Assembly (NCBI GenBank): GCA_030390025.1
Contig: CM059431.1
Span: forward strand, 158,536,001 to 158,600,000
Length of the DNA stretch: 64,000 nucleotides
Reading direction: 5' to 3'
Source of the DNA: Squalus acanthias
Taxonomy: Eukaryota
The notes beneath the pieces are model-generated. The model was not told where the DNA came from. It saw nothing but the letters and a program-made list of their open reading frames with translations, and searched no databases. Numbering within the stretch: the first letter of the stretch is position 1; every line of letters starts with the position of its first letter. Below are positions 50,309-63,270 of the stretch, piece after piece. Position numbers and translations under genes: made by a program.

Positions 50309-50940
50309 CTCCTAATGATCTCTGAGTTCTTAGACAAGACACCAATAGGCACCAGCCAGTGTGTTTGAGCAATAGATCAAGATTTATTAATCTTACAGCG
50401 TAATATACTTTATATAAGGCGATAGTTTAACGAGTAGCTCGCAGCCCTTGTCCTCTGGAACCTCTCGGACACAGATGACGTCGTCTTAATTCTGTTGCTT
50501 TGTTCTCGCAGTGCGTCGTGGAACGTTGTTCTTGAGTATCGCAGTTTTAACCCTTTTCTTATCAGCAGCTCGTTTGGCCAGTGTCCATATATGGTCTTTA
50601 ACAAAATCACTTTTTATAATTCGTTCTAATGATCAAAATACCATTGTCACTCAGACTAAGGTAGCATCCCGCCTTTCCAGTATCTTTCCAGCAACTTTGC
50701 CATGTTCAGTGTTATCTTGTTTGTAGTTTTTCACCCCATTGGAATTTAATTTATCTCTCTCATTGTTAGGTTCCCTGTTACAATGACTTTATACCAATGG
50801 CCCATATCAGCGCTCTTTCACTTGTCTTGTGTTTCCCATGAGTAATTAATCGTAACAGTATTTGGTCAATGGCTACACTTGAAGTTATACATATATGATT
50901 CCCGTCTACTAAATATCTCTAAATATAAGCCTTTCGTACA
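50309..50940 (-). repeat. Solo LTR of the same ERV-like family
   Basis: Copy of 35732-36366; ends ...tttcgtaca; minus-strand AATAAA at 50383-50388. Confidence 0.65.
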
Positions 50941-51031
50941 AAAAGCTGCTGCTCTAAAATTTAGTTCAAATTATTCATTGCTTCAACGCGGACACTGTAA
51001 TTTAACCTGTTTCTCATTTGCACTTTTGCAG

Positions 51032-51201
51032 AAAGAGAAAATATTAGAATATTACTAACGTTGGCGAGCTACACGGATATCCAGCTGGGAAGAATTATCG
51101 CTTTCTACCGTCAGAGACTAGAACAGTCAATTGAAGAATTCGTGGAAGCTGTTAGTAATTCGCTCTTAGATGCAAATGTGATTACTGAAACAATTCATAC
51201 G
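51032..51201 (+). CDS. Exon A3 of the module
   Basis: 170 nt, ttttgcag acceptor, weaker donor ACG|gtacac; open frame ...LASYTDIQLGRIIAFYRQRLEQSIEEFVEAVSNSLLDANVITETIHT. Confidence 0.76.
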
Positions 51202-54200
51202 GTACACTGCATATATGTTGGAATTTTTCATAGGGCCTTCTAAATTTGAGACGCGTTGGTGGTAGATTGTTCAAGTCGGTATGGAACGGCCTGTCTTTGC
51301 TGGTGTTGCGGTTGTATTCTCTGGGGACTGTATATTCGCGGCGTAGGTGTGGTGGTGCGATGTTTGCAAGCACAGACAGCCAAGGTGCTGCTGTTGATAA
51401 AAGTGCACCGGAAATAATTTTGATAATAGATTTCAGCTGCACATCAACGGATTTAACATGCGGACTTGATAGCCATGGGGTTGATTAGAATAGCCTTCTC
51501 ATGCCCCACCCTTTTATGTGGTCTTCGATTACAACTAATATCGTCTCAAAGGACACGTAACTTGTCGTTTTTAATGCATTATATTATAAATGAACTGCAA
51601 CTCATGTTATAACCATGAGTTCATCGTGGAAGAATCATCAACCCAATTATCATCAGCAGCTTCTTTCAATGAACTTCCCTCTTAAGGTCAGAATTTGGGC
51701 TGTACGCTGATGATTGCAGTGTACAATTCCATTCCCAATTCCTCAGGTAACCAAACAGTCCACGCCCGTATGCATCAAGATCTGGTCAACATGCCAGTTT
51801 AGGTGGATAATTGGCAAGTAACATTTGTGCCGCATAAGTGACAGGCAATAACCATCTGCAGAAAGAGACTCTCTAATCAACTCCTCTTGACCTTCAATGA
51901 CATTATCGTGGACAAATCCATCACCATCAACAACCTGGGGACAACACTCGAACCAGCTCTAATAAGTCACTTCCAAACGTCTTGCAGTTTAGGTGATTAC
52001 GTTGGCCGGATTTCTGCAGGGATTCGGTTTACTGTTGTTTCTGAAATCGGGCATAAATGGCAACATATCCATGGAGCAATTAATCCAAATTTCAGGATTG
52101 CAGGGAACACGCCAAGACACATTGTAATGAATAATTGAATAAGACACCACTAACAGCGCAAGCATCACGCGTCATCGGCACAGACACAATGGAAGTTCTG
52201 GAGCCAGACAAAACTTGTAATAGCCCCATATAACTAATCCCAGGTGAAGAAATGAATTGACGAAAAAAATTAAACTGTCAGTCACGGCCGAGTGTATCTG
52301 ACCGTTCTTTAATGAAGCAACCGTGCGTCCCCATTAAACTATACGATTCCTTTGAGTCACTGTCGGTGGCACGGATTTCTAGAACCTTCTACTGAACTTA
52401 TCCAAGTAGTTGCTTCCAGTTCTCTTTTGCTTCCAACTTCATCGCATGACTGCTTCTCTCTGCATTACTAACATCTTCCCTGTCACAGTTATTACTTCCA
52501 ATTTACAGGCTCACACAATCTGCATTATTCCTTCTATCGCCAATCATTCGCAAAATTCATCCAGCCCATGTTTTACGAAACCTTCTGCCTTGACTCCAGG
52601 ACAGCTCAGATCACGCCCCTTCTTCGGCCCAATGTTCAGGGACATCAACAATTCCGGCCTCCTATGTCAAGATTGCCATAATTACCCATTTAAAAAACAA
52701 TCCCTGCTGTCATCTGTGATGTCTATCTCCTCTCTTTTAGAATAATTCCTAGAGTTAATTATCACACATCTTAATAAAGTATTGTGAATAAAGCTGGTTA
52801 GTCGAAAGCAACGATTGTCTGTTGATTCTTTAGGAAATAATGATATGGAAACATTAACAGCTAAGTGGCTTATATAACGTCAGGGCTGGGAGCTATGAGC
52901 TAAAATGTTTTTGGTGCAAAAATACTAATACATTTTAAACAGAAAAAACGAAAGTTATTATTAACATATTTAATTGCAGCACGGAAACTCAAGACTCATA
53001 TAAGGAATGATTAACAATTGCAATCTATACGCTTGGGATTATAGCATAATAATGGAACTCTTTATCAATTAGGATTTGATTATCATGCACCATGTGTTGG
53101 GATACGGATTTAAAAAGGGACATATTGAAAAATTGGTGACAATTTTTGCAAGGGTATCTGTCAGATGGGTGATTTTAAATAATTAAAGTATAGAAGTGTG
53201 CACGGTTGGAAGAGAGAGTGAGCTATCTGCCAGGTGTCCAGTACGTTATATAGATGGGTACGGTTTCAGAACAGCAATTAGGAATGACTATTGGATTCTA
53301 TCTGCAAACGGATAAGGGTAGTGGAATAACTCAGAAGCCATGATTTCATTACAATTCATATGGACAGTTATTTTAAACCAATTTAAATTTACAGGAACCT
53401 AACCAATTTCAACAAAGCAAAAACACACTAGCCCAGGTATATTGCGACGGAAATGACTGATAATTCCATCGGGAAGCAATAGGAAGCTACGAAGTCGGAA
53501 ATGATTGCCAAACAATATATGTGATTTAATTGAAAATAAAAAGGGTGAGTCATATAAAAGAATTGTTTCGACGTGCATAGAAAAGGCAATAAAAAGGAGA
53601 TTTTAAAATTGAATGTAGGTAGTGTATGGTTATTATATAAAATAAATCATAGAAGCGCAGATGATAACGAGTCGAAGCTTAAACGATTCATTTTAAGAAT
53701 TTGGTGATTTGCAGGTGGCAGAATTCGACACAATTATCACATTTCATAAACACTTCAAGTAAAGTAGTAATTCATAAGACAGGGCTGCTCAAATATAGAA
53801 ATGCAAAGGTTCATATAGAAGATGAAAGATTGACTCAAAAGCTTTTGCTACTGTTTCGATGAAAGATATTTGGAATAAACGAAATTATCTTTGCAGTCAA
53901 TGGTATAGAAATGCGGAGGCATTTTAAATTGGGCGCTCATTTCCTTTCAGCTCCTTTCATGCGACTGGCCGACTCCAATTTCACCCGCATTGTTTATCAA
54001 TCTGTGCAATCTGAGTTTCTGAAAGCAAGTTGTGAGCTTTCCAATATATTACTGTTACTAAAAACTAATAATGCTTGCTTGCACGAATCATATTCCTGCA
54101 ATCGGACGCTTTTCCATTTTTTTGGCATTGTACCCTTTTTTCATCTATCAGTTGAGAAACTCCAGTTTCCCTCGGTGACTTAACCCTGGTTCTCTCTATC

Positions 54201-54533
54201 TCCGCTAATTCCTCCAGCCCTTCAATATTCCGTGATCTCTGTGGTCTTCTAATTCTGGCCTATTGCGAATCCCCGATTTTCTGCACGCCACCATTGGTAG
54301 TCGTGCCTTGAGCTTTCTCGGCCCGAAGCTCTGGAATTCACTCCCTAATCCTCTCCGGCTCTCTGCCATTCTCTCCTCCTTGAAGGCGCTCCTTAAAGCT
54401 TACCTCGTAGACGAAGATTTTGTTCACCTAATTTTGAGCTTTTCTACTCGTTCTTCTCATAAAGAGAGGGAGAAAGAAAACAGACGTTTGTTATCTAAAT
54501 TACTTGGTTTAATATGATTGCAATTTTTTTTAG

Positions 54534-54705
54534 GAAATCAGATCCCTTGCTGAAAGTCAGCGCAGAAATGATGCTTCCAAACTCATTTTCGATACCGTGC
54601 TGGAAAAGGGAGCTCGGGGAGAAAGAACAATCTGGAACGTATTTCTTCAACTGCAGAATACAAAACCCAAACTGAAAGCGACATTGATAGAGATACAGAA
54701 GAGAG
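54534..54705 (+). CDS. Exon B3 of the module
   Basis: 172 nt, tttttag and G|gtacag; open, EIRSLAESQRRNDASKLIF...IEIQKR. Confidence 0.78.
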
Positions 54706-56215
54706 GTACAGGGGCAGAAAATGATCTAAAAGGTAGGTGGCGTCCAAATCTAATTGCAAAAGATCTTGTTTACTTTCAGAGAAACAGAGTTCATTGTTTA
54801 TGCTGAGGAACTTATTTAAAGTTATGTCCGTGAGGGTGTATTTCTGATTGAGCGGGGAGATACAGCAGGCGGAATCGCATTGCCGACAGTTACAACACAC
54901 GCCCGATATTCAGTTCAATTCAAGTTTATTTGGGCGCAATATATAACAGGTGATAGATGCGATACCGCCTGTATTATGTCCTCGCCGAAAAACGGCCGAA
55001 ATTACATCTGCTGCCCGTTGTGCGCGCGGTCGGACATTCCCTTCCATTGCATCCAATAGAACTGCAGAGGCTGCGCTGTGCCCTCCCAGAGGTGGCAATC
55101 AGGGAAATATATCAAATTAGGGAAACTGCTGAAATCTTCGACTCTTCACTGTAATTGTGCACTTAAATTCCCCATTGAAAGTGATTGGGTGTAACTGGGA
55201 TTCAACAGCGTTTTGACTTATAAACAAAAGTTATGAGCTTGAAAATTTAGTTTTAATTTTGTGCAGTGTCAACTTTCTTCATTTTTTACTCACTTCCTTG
55301 TTCGCTGTCTGTGAGAATTCTGAGTTTTGATTCTCTGCTTAGACAGCCTGTTGACGTCACAGCATATTGCACGAGAGGATCTCCATGATACTCCGTTGAT
55401 TTGAATAAAAGTTCGGAAAATCTGAAATTCTCCACACTGTGATTGCGAGATCTTTGTGTGAAGATAACTTTGGGGCTAACATCAAACGCATTTGTTTCGT
55501 CGCTGACCTTAAAGTCCGGGCCATTCTTTATTTAATAATAGTATCCAGGGAACGGTAGGATAGTAATAATATCACTGGGCTAGTAATCCAGCTAGGTCTG
55601 GACTTGATGATCCAGGGACGTGAGTGCAAATCCCACCACTGCAACTGCGGAATTTAAATGTACTTAATTAAATGAAACTGGAATAAAAAACCTAGTATCT
55701 GCCGTCCATTCCTGGTCGTGTAACTCCAGACTCCCAGCAATGTAGGTGAATCTTTACTGCCCTTATTTTTGTCTGGCTTAACAAGCCACACAACAGCAAA
55801 AATGAAACCGGGCAGACCACCAGTCATCGAACTCGGCATCGGCTACGGACATGGCAACGGCACACCTAGCCCAGTGGAATCTGCAAAAGTCATCCTCACC
55901 AACATCTGGGGACTGGTGCCAAAATTTGGGAGCTGTCACACAAGCGAGTGAAGAAACAGCCTGATATAGTCATACTCACAGAACCATACCTTTCAGACAA
56001 TGTCCCAAACTACTCCATCAACATCCCTGGGTGGCGGCACAGAGGTATGCAGTCGGAAAGGAGTGGTCCATAGGTGTCCTTAACAGTGACTCCGGATCCC
56101 ATGAAGTCTCACTGCTTCAGGTGAAGCAGGGGCAAGGAAACCTCCTGCTGATTACCACATAACGCCCTTCCTCAGCTGAAGAATCACTCCTCCACCTTGT
56201 TGAACACCACTTGTA

Positions 56216-57443
56216 ACTAGCAGAATAGATAAGGGGGACCCAATGGATGTGGTGCATTTGGATTTTCAGAAGGCTTTGGAAGAGGTGCCACAAAAGAGGT
56301 TGTTAAACAAAATTAGGGCTCATGGGATTGGGCGTAATATATTAGCATTATTCAGGATTGGTTAACTGACGGAAAACAGAGAGTTAGAATAAACGGTTCA
56401 TATTCGGGTTAGCATGCTGTTCCTAGTAGGTACGCAAGGATCAGTGCTTGGGCCTCAGCTTTTCACAATCTACATCAATGATTTGGATGAGAAGTCCAAA
56501 TGTAATTTATCCACGTTTGCTGATAATACAAAGCTGGGTGGGAATGTAATGTATGAGGGGGATGCAAGTAGTCTTCCAGCGGATATAGACAGGCTAAGTG
56601 AGTGGGCAAAACCATGGCAAATGGAATTTAATGTGGAGAAATGTGAAGTTATCCACGTTGGTAGGAACAATAACAAAGCAGAGCTTGTTTAAATGGTAAG
56701 TAATCGGGAAATGTTGGTGTTCAGAGGGACCTTGGTGCTCTTGTACACGAATCACTGAAAGCGAACATGCAGGTACAGCAAGCATTTAGGAAAGCAAATG
56801 TTATGTTGGCCTTTATTACAAGAGGATTTGAGTACAAGAGTAAAGACGTCTTACTGCAATTATATAGGGCCCTGGTGAGACAATACCTGGAGTATTGTGT
56901 ACAGTTTTGGTCTCCTTAATTAAAGAAGGTTTTACCTGCCATAGAGGGAGGGCAACGAATGTTCACCAGATTGATTCCTGGGATGGGGGATTGTCCTATG
57001 AGGAGAGATTAAGTAGACTAGGGCTATTTTCTCTAGAGTTGAGAAGAATGAGAGGTGACCTCATTAAAACATACAAAATTGTTACATGACTTGACGTGGT
57101 AGATGCAGGGAGGATGTTTCCCCTTGCTGGGGAGTCGAGAACCACGTGTCACAGTCTCAGAATCAGAGGTTGGCCATTTAGGACTGAGATGAGGCGAAAT
57201 TTCTTCACTCATCGGGTGGTGAATTTTTGGCATTCTGTACTCCACAGGTCTGTGCAAGGTCCGTCTTTGACTATACTCAATACAGAGATCGATAGATTTT
57301 TGAATATAAAGGGAATCAAGGGATATTAGCTAGTGCAGGAATGTTGATTTGAGCTAGAAGATCAGCAATGATCTTATTGAATGGCGGAGCAGGCTCGAAG
57401 GATCAAATGGCCTACTCCTGCTCCTATTTCTGATGTTCTTATA
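56216..57443 (+). mobile_element. 5'-truncated CR1 LINE at the unit 3/4 junction
   Basis: QGSVLGPQLFTIYINDLD, FADNTKLGG, RRNFFTHRVV; CR1 3' end. Confidence 0.9.
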
Positions 57444-57926
57444 TTATCCGTAATCCCCTGCATTAATGGCATACATTAACTTCTTATCCCAAACGGATCG
57501 TTTGTGAAAGCCTCCTCCTCATCTGCCAAACCCTCTCCGGTCTCTCCCACTTTTACTCTGCAGACTACTTCGCATACCTTCTATTACATTCCTAATACTA
57601 CTGTCCCTTTACTGTAGTAAACAGTGTATCGATTTTCTCTTCTGGACTACAGCTATAAACGTCAACCGAACTGGCTGGATATTCATTCCTATAGCCATCC
57701 ATCCCATTACTTCTTGCTTACTGTAAAAAGCCGGTAAATGTTGCAAGTTCTGGGCCATTTCGCATAAATCGACCAAAATTTGGCAGCGTTAATGCTGAGT
57801 CCTCCAATTGTGAAGCGCCACAGGCCCTGTCATTGCCCTAAATAAACGTTGTTGCTAGAGCAGTCAGTTCAGAGTATTCCTTGTCCTATAGAGGACACTA
57901 TATATTAATATTTTACATCCTGACAG

Positions 57927-58096
57927 AAAATGTTGATACTAAAATCTTACTAATGTTGGCGAGCTACACTGACATCCAGCTGCGCAGCATTATCAAGCGC
58001 TACCGTCAGAGACTAGAACATTCCATTGAAGAATTCTTGGAAGACGTTGGTCAGTCGCTCTTAGAAGCAAACGTGTTTACTGAAACAGCTCATAAG
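57927..58096 (+). CDS. Exon A4 of the module
   Basis: 170 nt, tgacag acceptor, AAG|gtatgc; open, ENVDTKILLMLASYTDIQLRSIIKRYRQRLEHSIEEFLEDVGQSLLEANVFTETAHK. Confidence 0.78.
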
Positions 58097-60591
58097 GTAT
58101 GCTGCATATATGTTGGAATTGTGGAGTGTTAAATGAGTCATACGATTACCTGTTTCGATTAACTGAATTCCATGCAGCCCAGCGCTATAAAAATACGCGA
58201 AGCTCCAGTGTTTTAACTTCAATACTGATGCTGAAAATGTTGTCCAGTATCATTAGAAAGTATACTTAAATTGCTCCTCTGAAATATAGCTCTGGTAAAT
58301 TAATTTGTCGTGAAATTGCCAATTTAACCATTAAATAATAAGAGAACAAAATCGCGTTGCATACCATGAGTTAATCATGGCAGTGTCCTTTGTCCAACTA
58401 TCGTCAGCTGCTTCATTTATGAACTCCTCTCAAAAGGGCAGAATTTTGGCTATTCGCTGATAATTGCACACTTCATCTCCATTCACTATTCCTCAAAAAA
58501 TTAAGCAATCCATACCCGCATACAGCAAGATCTAGACAACATGAAGGTTTGGGCGGATAAATGCAATTAACATTCACGTCACACAAGTACCATGCAATAA
58601 CTGTCTCCAAAAAGAGTTTATCTAATCACCTAACCTTGAACGTCACTGGCATTACAATCGACGAATCGGCCACCATCAACATCCGGGGGTCACCTCTAAA
58701 ATCAGTCCTGATAATTCACTGCCAAGCGTCTTTTAGTTAAGATTATTCCAGCTGCCGCAGTTCTGCAGGGGATAGGTTTACTGCAGTTTCTGACATCGGA
58801 CATAAATTGCATCCTATACATGGAGCAATTAATCCAAATTTCATGATTGCAAGGAACACCGCAAGGGACATTTCGATGAACAAGTAAATAATACACCACT
58901 AGCAGCACAAGCATTACGCGACCCCAGCTCGGTCCCAATGGAAATTTTGGAGCGAGATAAAACATGTAATAGCCCCATATATATAATCTCAGGTGAAGAA
59001 ATGTATTGTCATATTATAACTAAACTCTCGATCAAGGCCGAGAGTTCCAGTCCGTTCTTTATCGAAGCAGCCGTGCGTTCCCATTAAACTATACGATTGT
59101 TGCGAGTCACTGCCAGTGGCGCAAATTTCTAGAACTTTCTACTGACCATATCCAAATCGTTGCTTCCGTTTCTCTTCTTCCAAATTCACCGCATGGCTGC
59201 TTTGCTCTTCATTTCTAACACAACCCTTGCCATTGTAATTACTTCTAATTTACAACCTCACAGAATCTGCATTATTCCACGTATCGCCAAGCATTCGCAA
59301 AATTCATCCAGCCCATGGTTTACGCAACCTTCTCCCTTGACTCCAGGACAGCTCAGGAAACGCCCCTTATTTGGCCCTATGCTCAGGGACATCAACAATA
59401 CCTGCCTCTTATGTCAAGATTGCCATAATGTCACATTTAAAAAACAATCCATAGTATCATCTGTGATGTCTATCTCCTCTCTTTTCGAGTATTTCCAAGA
59501 GTTAAGTAACACATATGTTAATAAAGTATTGTGAATAAAGCTGGTTCGTCGAAAGCAACGATTGTCGGTTGATGATTCAGGGCTGGGAGCTAGGAGCTAA
59601 AATATCCTGTTCCAAAAAAATAATATTTTTTAAACAAAAAAACGGAAATAAAAAGGAGATTTTAAAATTGAATGTAGGTAATGTATGGTTAATTACATAA
59701 AATAAATCAAGGAAGCACAGATGATAAGGAGCTTAAGGTAAAACGTTGTCATTTTAAGAATTTGGTGATTGGCAGTTGGCAGAATTCGAGACAATAATCA
59801 CATTTCATAAAAACTTCAAATAAGTAATTCGTAGGACAGAGCTGCTCAAATATAGAAAGGCAATGGTTCATCTAGAAGATGAATGATTGACTGATAAGTT
59901 TTCGCTACTGTTTCGATGAACGATATTTGGAATAAACGAAAGTCGCATTGCAGTCATTGGTATAGAAATGCGGACGCATGTTTAATGGGCCCCCATTCGC
60001 TATCAGCATCTTTCATGAGACTGGCCGATTCCAATTTCATCCGCATTGTTTATCAATCTATGCAATTTGAGTTTCTGGAAGCAAGTTGTGAGCTTTCCAA
60101 AATATTGCTGTTACTAACAACTAATAATGCTTGATTGGACGAATCATATTCCTGGAATCGGAAGTTTTTCCCTTTTTTTGGCACTTTACCCTTATTTCCT
60201 CTCTCAGTTGAAAAAATCCGTTTCCCTCGGTGACTCAACGCTGGTCGTCTCTGTCTCTGCAAATTCCTCCAGCCCTACAGCCCCTCGTGATCTCTGCGCT
60301 CATCCAATTCTGGCCTTTTGCGAATCCCCGATTTTCTGCACGCCACCATTGGTAGCCTTGCCTTGAGCTTACACGGCCCGAAGCTCTGGAATTCTCTCCC
60401 TAATCCTCTCCGGCTCTCCGCCATTCTCTCCTCCTTCATGGCGCTCCTTATAAACTGTCCTCGTAGACGAAGATTTTAATCACCTTATTGTGTGCTTTTC
60501 TATTCGTTCCTCTCATAGAGAGAGGGAGATAGAAAACAGTCGTTTCTTGTCAAAATTACTTGATTGAATATGATTGCAATATATTTTTTAG

Positions 60592-60763
60592 GAAATCAGA
60601 ACACTTGCTGAAAGTCACCGCAGAAACGATGCTTCCCAACTTATTTTCGATACTGTGCTGGAAAAGGGAGAGAGGGGAGAAAGAACAATCTGGAACATAT
60701 TTCTTCAACTGCAGAATACAAAACTCAAACTGAAAGCGACATTGATAGAGATACGGAAGAGAG
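60592..60763 (+). CDS. Exon B4 of the module
   Basis: 172 nt, tttttag and G|gtacag; open, EIRTLAESHRRNDASQLIF...IEIRKR. Confidence 0.78.
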
Positions 60764-60834
60764 GTACAGGGGTAGAAAATGAACTAGAAGGTAGGCGGCG
60801 TCCAAATCTAATTGCAAAAGATCCTGTTTACTTT

Positions 60835-63270
60835 AAGGAATGGCCCTGGGTGCCGCTGCGTTGACTCCGGATCCCATGAATTTTCATGGCTTCAGGTGAA
60901 GCATGGGCAAGGAAAACTCCTGCTGATTACCACCTACCGCCCTTCCTCAGCTGATGAATCAGTACTCCTCCATGTTGAACACCACTTGTAAGAAGCCTTG
61001 CGAGTAGCAAGGGCACAGAATGTACTCTGAGTGGGGGACTTCAATGTCCACCAAGAGTGCCTCAGTTGCACCACTAGTGACCGAGCTGGCCGAGTCCTGA
61101 AGGACATAGCTGCCAGTCTGGTACTGCGACAGGTGGTGAGAGATTCAGAACAATTCTATCAGCTTAGAACTGGACATCCATGAGGTGCTGTGGGCCATCA
61201 GCAGAAGCAGACTTGTATTACACCACAACCTGTAACCTCATGGCCCGGCATATCCCTCACTCTAAGATTACCATCAAGACATCGGACCAACCGTGGTCCA
61301 ATAAGTGCAGAAGAGCATGCCAGGAGCAGCACCAGGCGTACATAAAAATTAGTTGCCTACCTGGGGAAGCTGCAACACATGCATGCTAAAAAGCGGAAGC
61401 AGCATGCTGTAGACAGGGCTAAGCGATCCCACAATCAACGGACCAGATCAAAGCTCTGCAGCCCTGCCACGTCCAGTCGTGAGTGGTGGTGGTCCATTAA
61501 ACATCTAACGGAGGAGGAGGCGCCATGAATATCCCCATCCTCAATGATGGTGGAGTCCAGCACGCGAGTGCAAAAGACAAGGCCGAAGCGTTTGCAACCA
61601 CCTACAGCCAGAAGTGCCGAGTGGATGATCCATATCGGCCGACTCCTGATCTCCCCACCATCACAGAAGCCAGTCTTCAGCCAATTCGATTCACTCCACG
61701 TGATATCAAGAAACGGCTGAGCGCACTGGATGCAGCAAAGGCTATGGGCCCCGACAACATCCCGGGTATCGTGCTGAAGACTTGTGCTCAAGAATTAGCT
61801 GCGCCTCTTGCTAAGCTGTTCCAGTACAGCTACAAAACTGTCTTCTGTCCGACAATGTGGAAAACTGCCCAAGTACGTCCTCTCCACAAAATACTGGACA
61901 AATTCAATCTGGCCAATTACCGCCCCATCAGTCTACTCTCAATCATCAGCAAATGATGGAAGGTGTCAGCAAAAGTACTTTCAAGCAGCACTTATTCATC
62001 AATAACCTGCTCTGCTGATGCCCAGTTTAGGTTCCTCCAAGATCTCTCGGCTCCCGACCTCATTACAGCTTTGGTACAAACATGGAGAAAGGAGCTGAAT
62101 CCAGAGGTGAGGTGAAAGTGATTGCCCTTGACATCAAGGCAACATTTGACCGAGTGTGGCATCAAGGAGCCCTTGTAAAACTGAAGTCAATGGGAATCAG
62201 GGGGAAAACTCTTCACTGGCTGTAGTCATACCTAGCACAAAGGCAGATAGTTGTGGTGATTGAAAATCAATCATCAGAGCCCCAGTACATTAATGCAAGA
62301 GTTCCTCAGGGCAGTGTCCCAGGCACAACTATCTTCAGCCGCTTCATCAATTAACTTCCCTCCATCATAAGGTCATAAATGGGGACGTTCGCTGATGACT
62401 GCACAGTGTTCAGCGTCATTCACAACTGCTCAGATAATGAAGCAATCCAAGCCCGAATGTAACAAGACCTGGACGTGGTTCCGGCTTGGGCTGATAAGTC
62501 GCAGTTAACATTCGCGCCACAGAAGTGCCAGGCAATGAATCTCTTCAACAAACTAGAGTCTAACCACCGCCCAATGACATTCAACGGCATTACCATTCTC
62601 GAATCCCCCATCATCAACATTCTGGAGGTCACCATTGACCAGAAACTTAACTGGACCAGCTACATAAATATTGTGGCAACAAGAGCAGGTCACAGCCTAG
62701 GTATTCTGCGGCGAGTGTCTCACCTCCTGACTCCCAAAAGCCTTTCCACCATCTACAAGGCACAAGTAAGGAGTGTGATGGAATACTCTCCTCTTGCCTG
62801 AATTAGTGCAGCTCCAACAACATTCAAGAAGGTCGACACCATCATGGAATTTGCTTGATTGGCAACCCATCCACCACCTTCAACATTCACTCGCTCCACC
62901 ACCGGCGTACCGTGGCTGCATGTGTACCATCTACAAGATGCACTGCAGCAACTCGCCAAGGCTTCTTCGGCAGCACATCCCAAACCACGACCTCTTCCAC
63001 CTTGAAGGACAAGGGCAGAAGGTGCATACGAACAGCGCCACCTCCAAGTGCCCCTCCAACTCACACACCATCCTGAGTTGCAAGTATATCGCCGATCCTT
63101 CATCCTCGCTGGGTCAAACTCCTGGAACTTCCTACCTAACAGCACTGTGGGAGTATCTTCACCACACGGACTGCAGTGGTTCAAGAAGGCAACTCACCAC
63201 CACCTTCTCAAGGGCAATACGGTATGGGCAATAAATGCTGGCATTGCCAGCGATGCCCACATCTCATAAT
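60835..63270 (+). mobile_element. Second CR1-group LINE, EN-RT-3' end (longest copy, degraded)
   Basis: KAMGPDNIP, NYRPISLLSIISK, LDIKATFDRVWH, FADD, YKAQVRSVMEYS; 3' end gggcaataaatgctggc...cccacatc. Confidence 0.88.
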
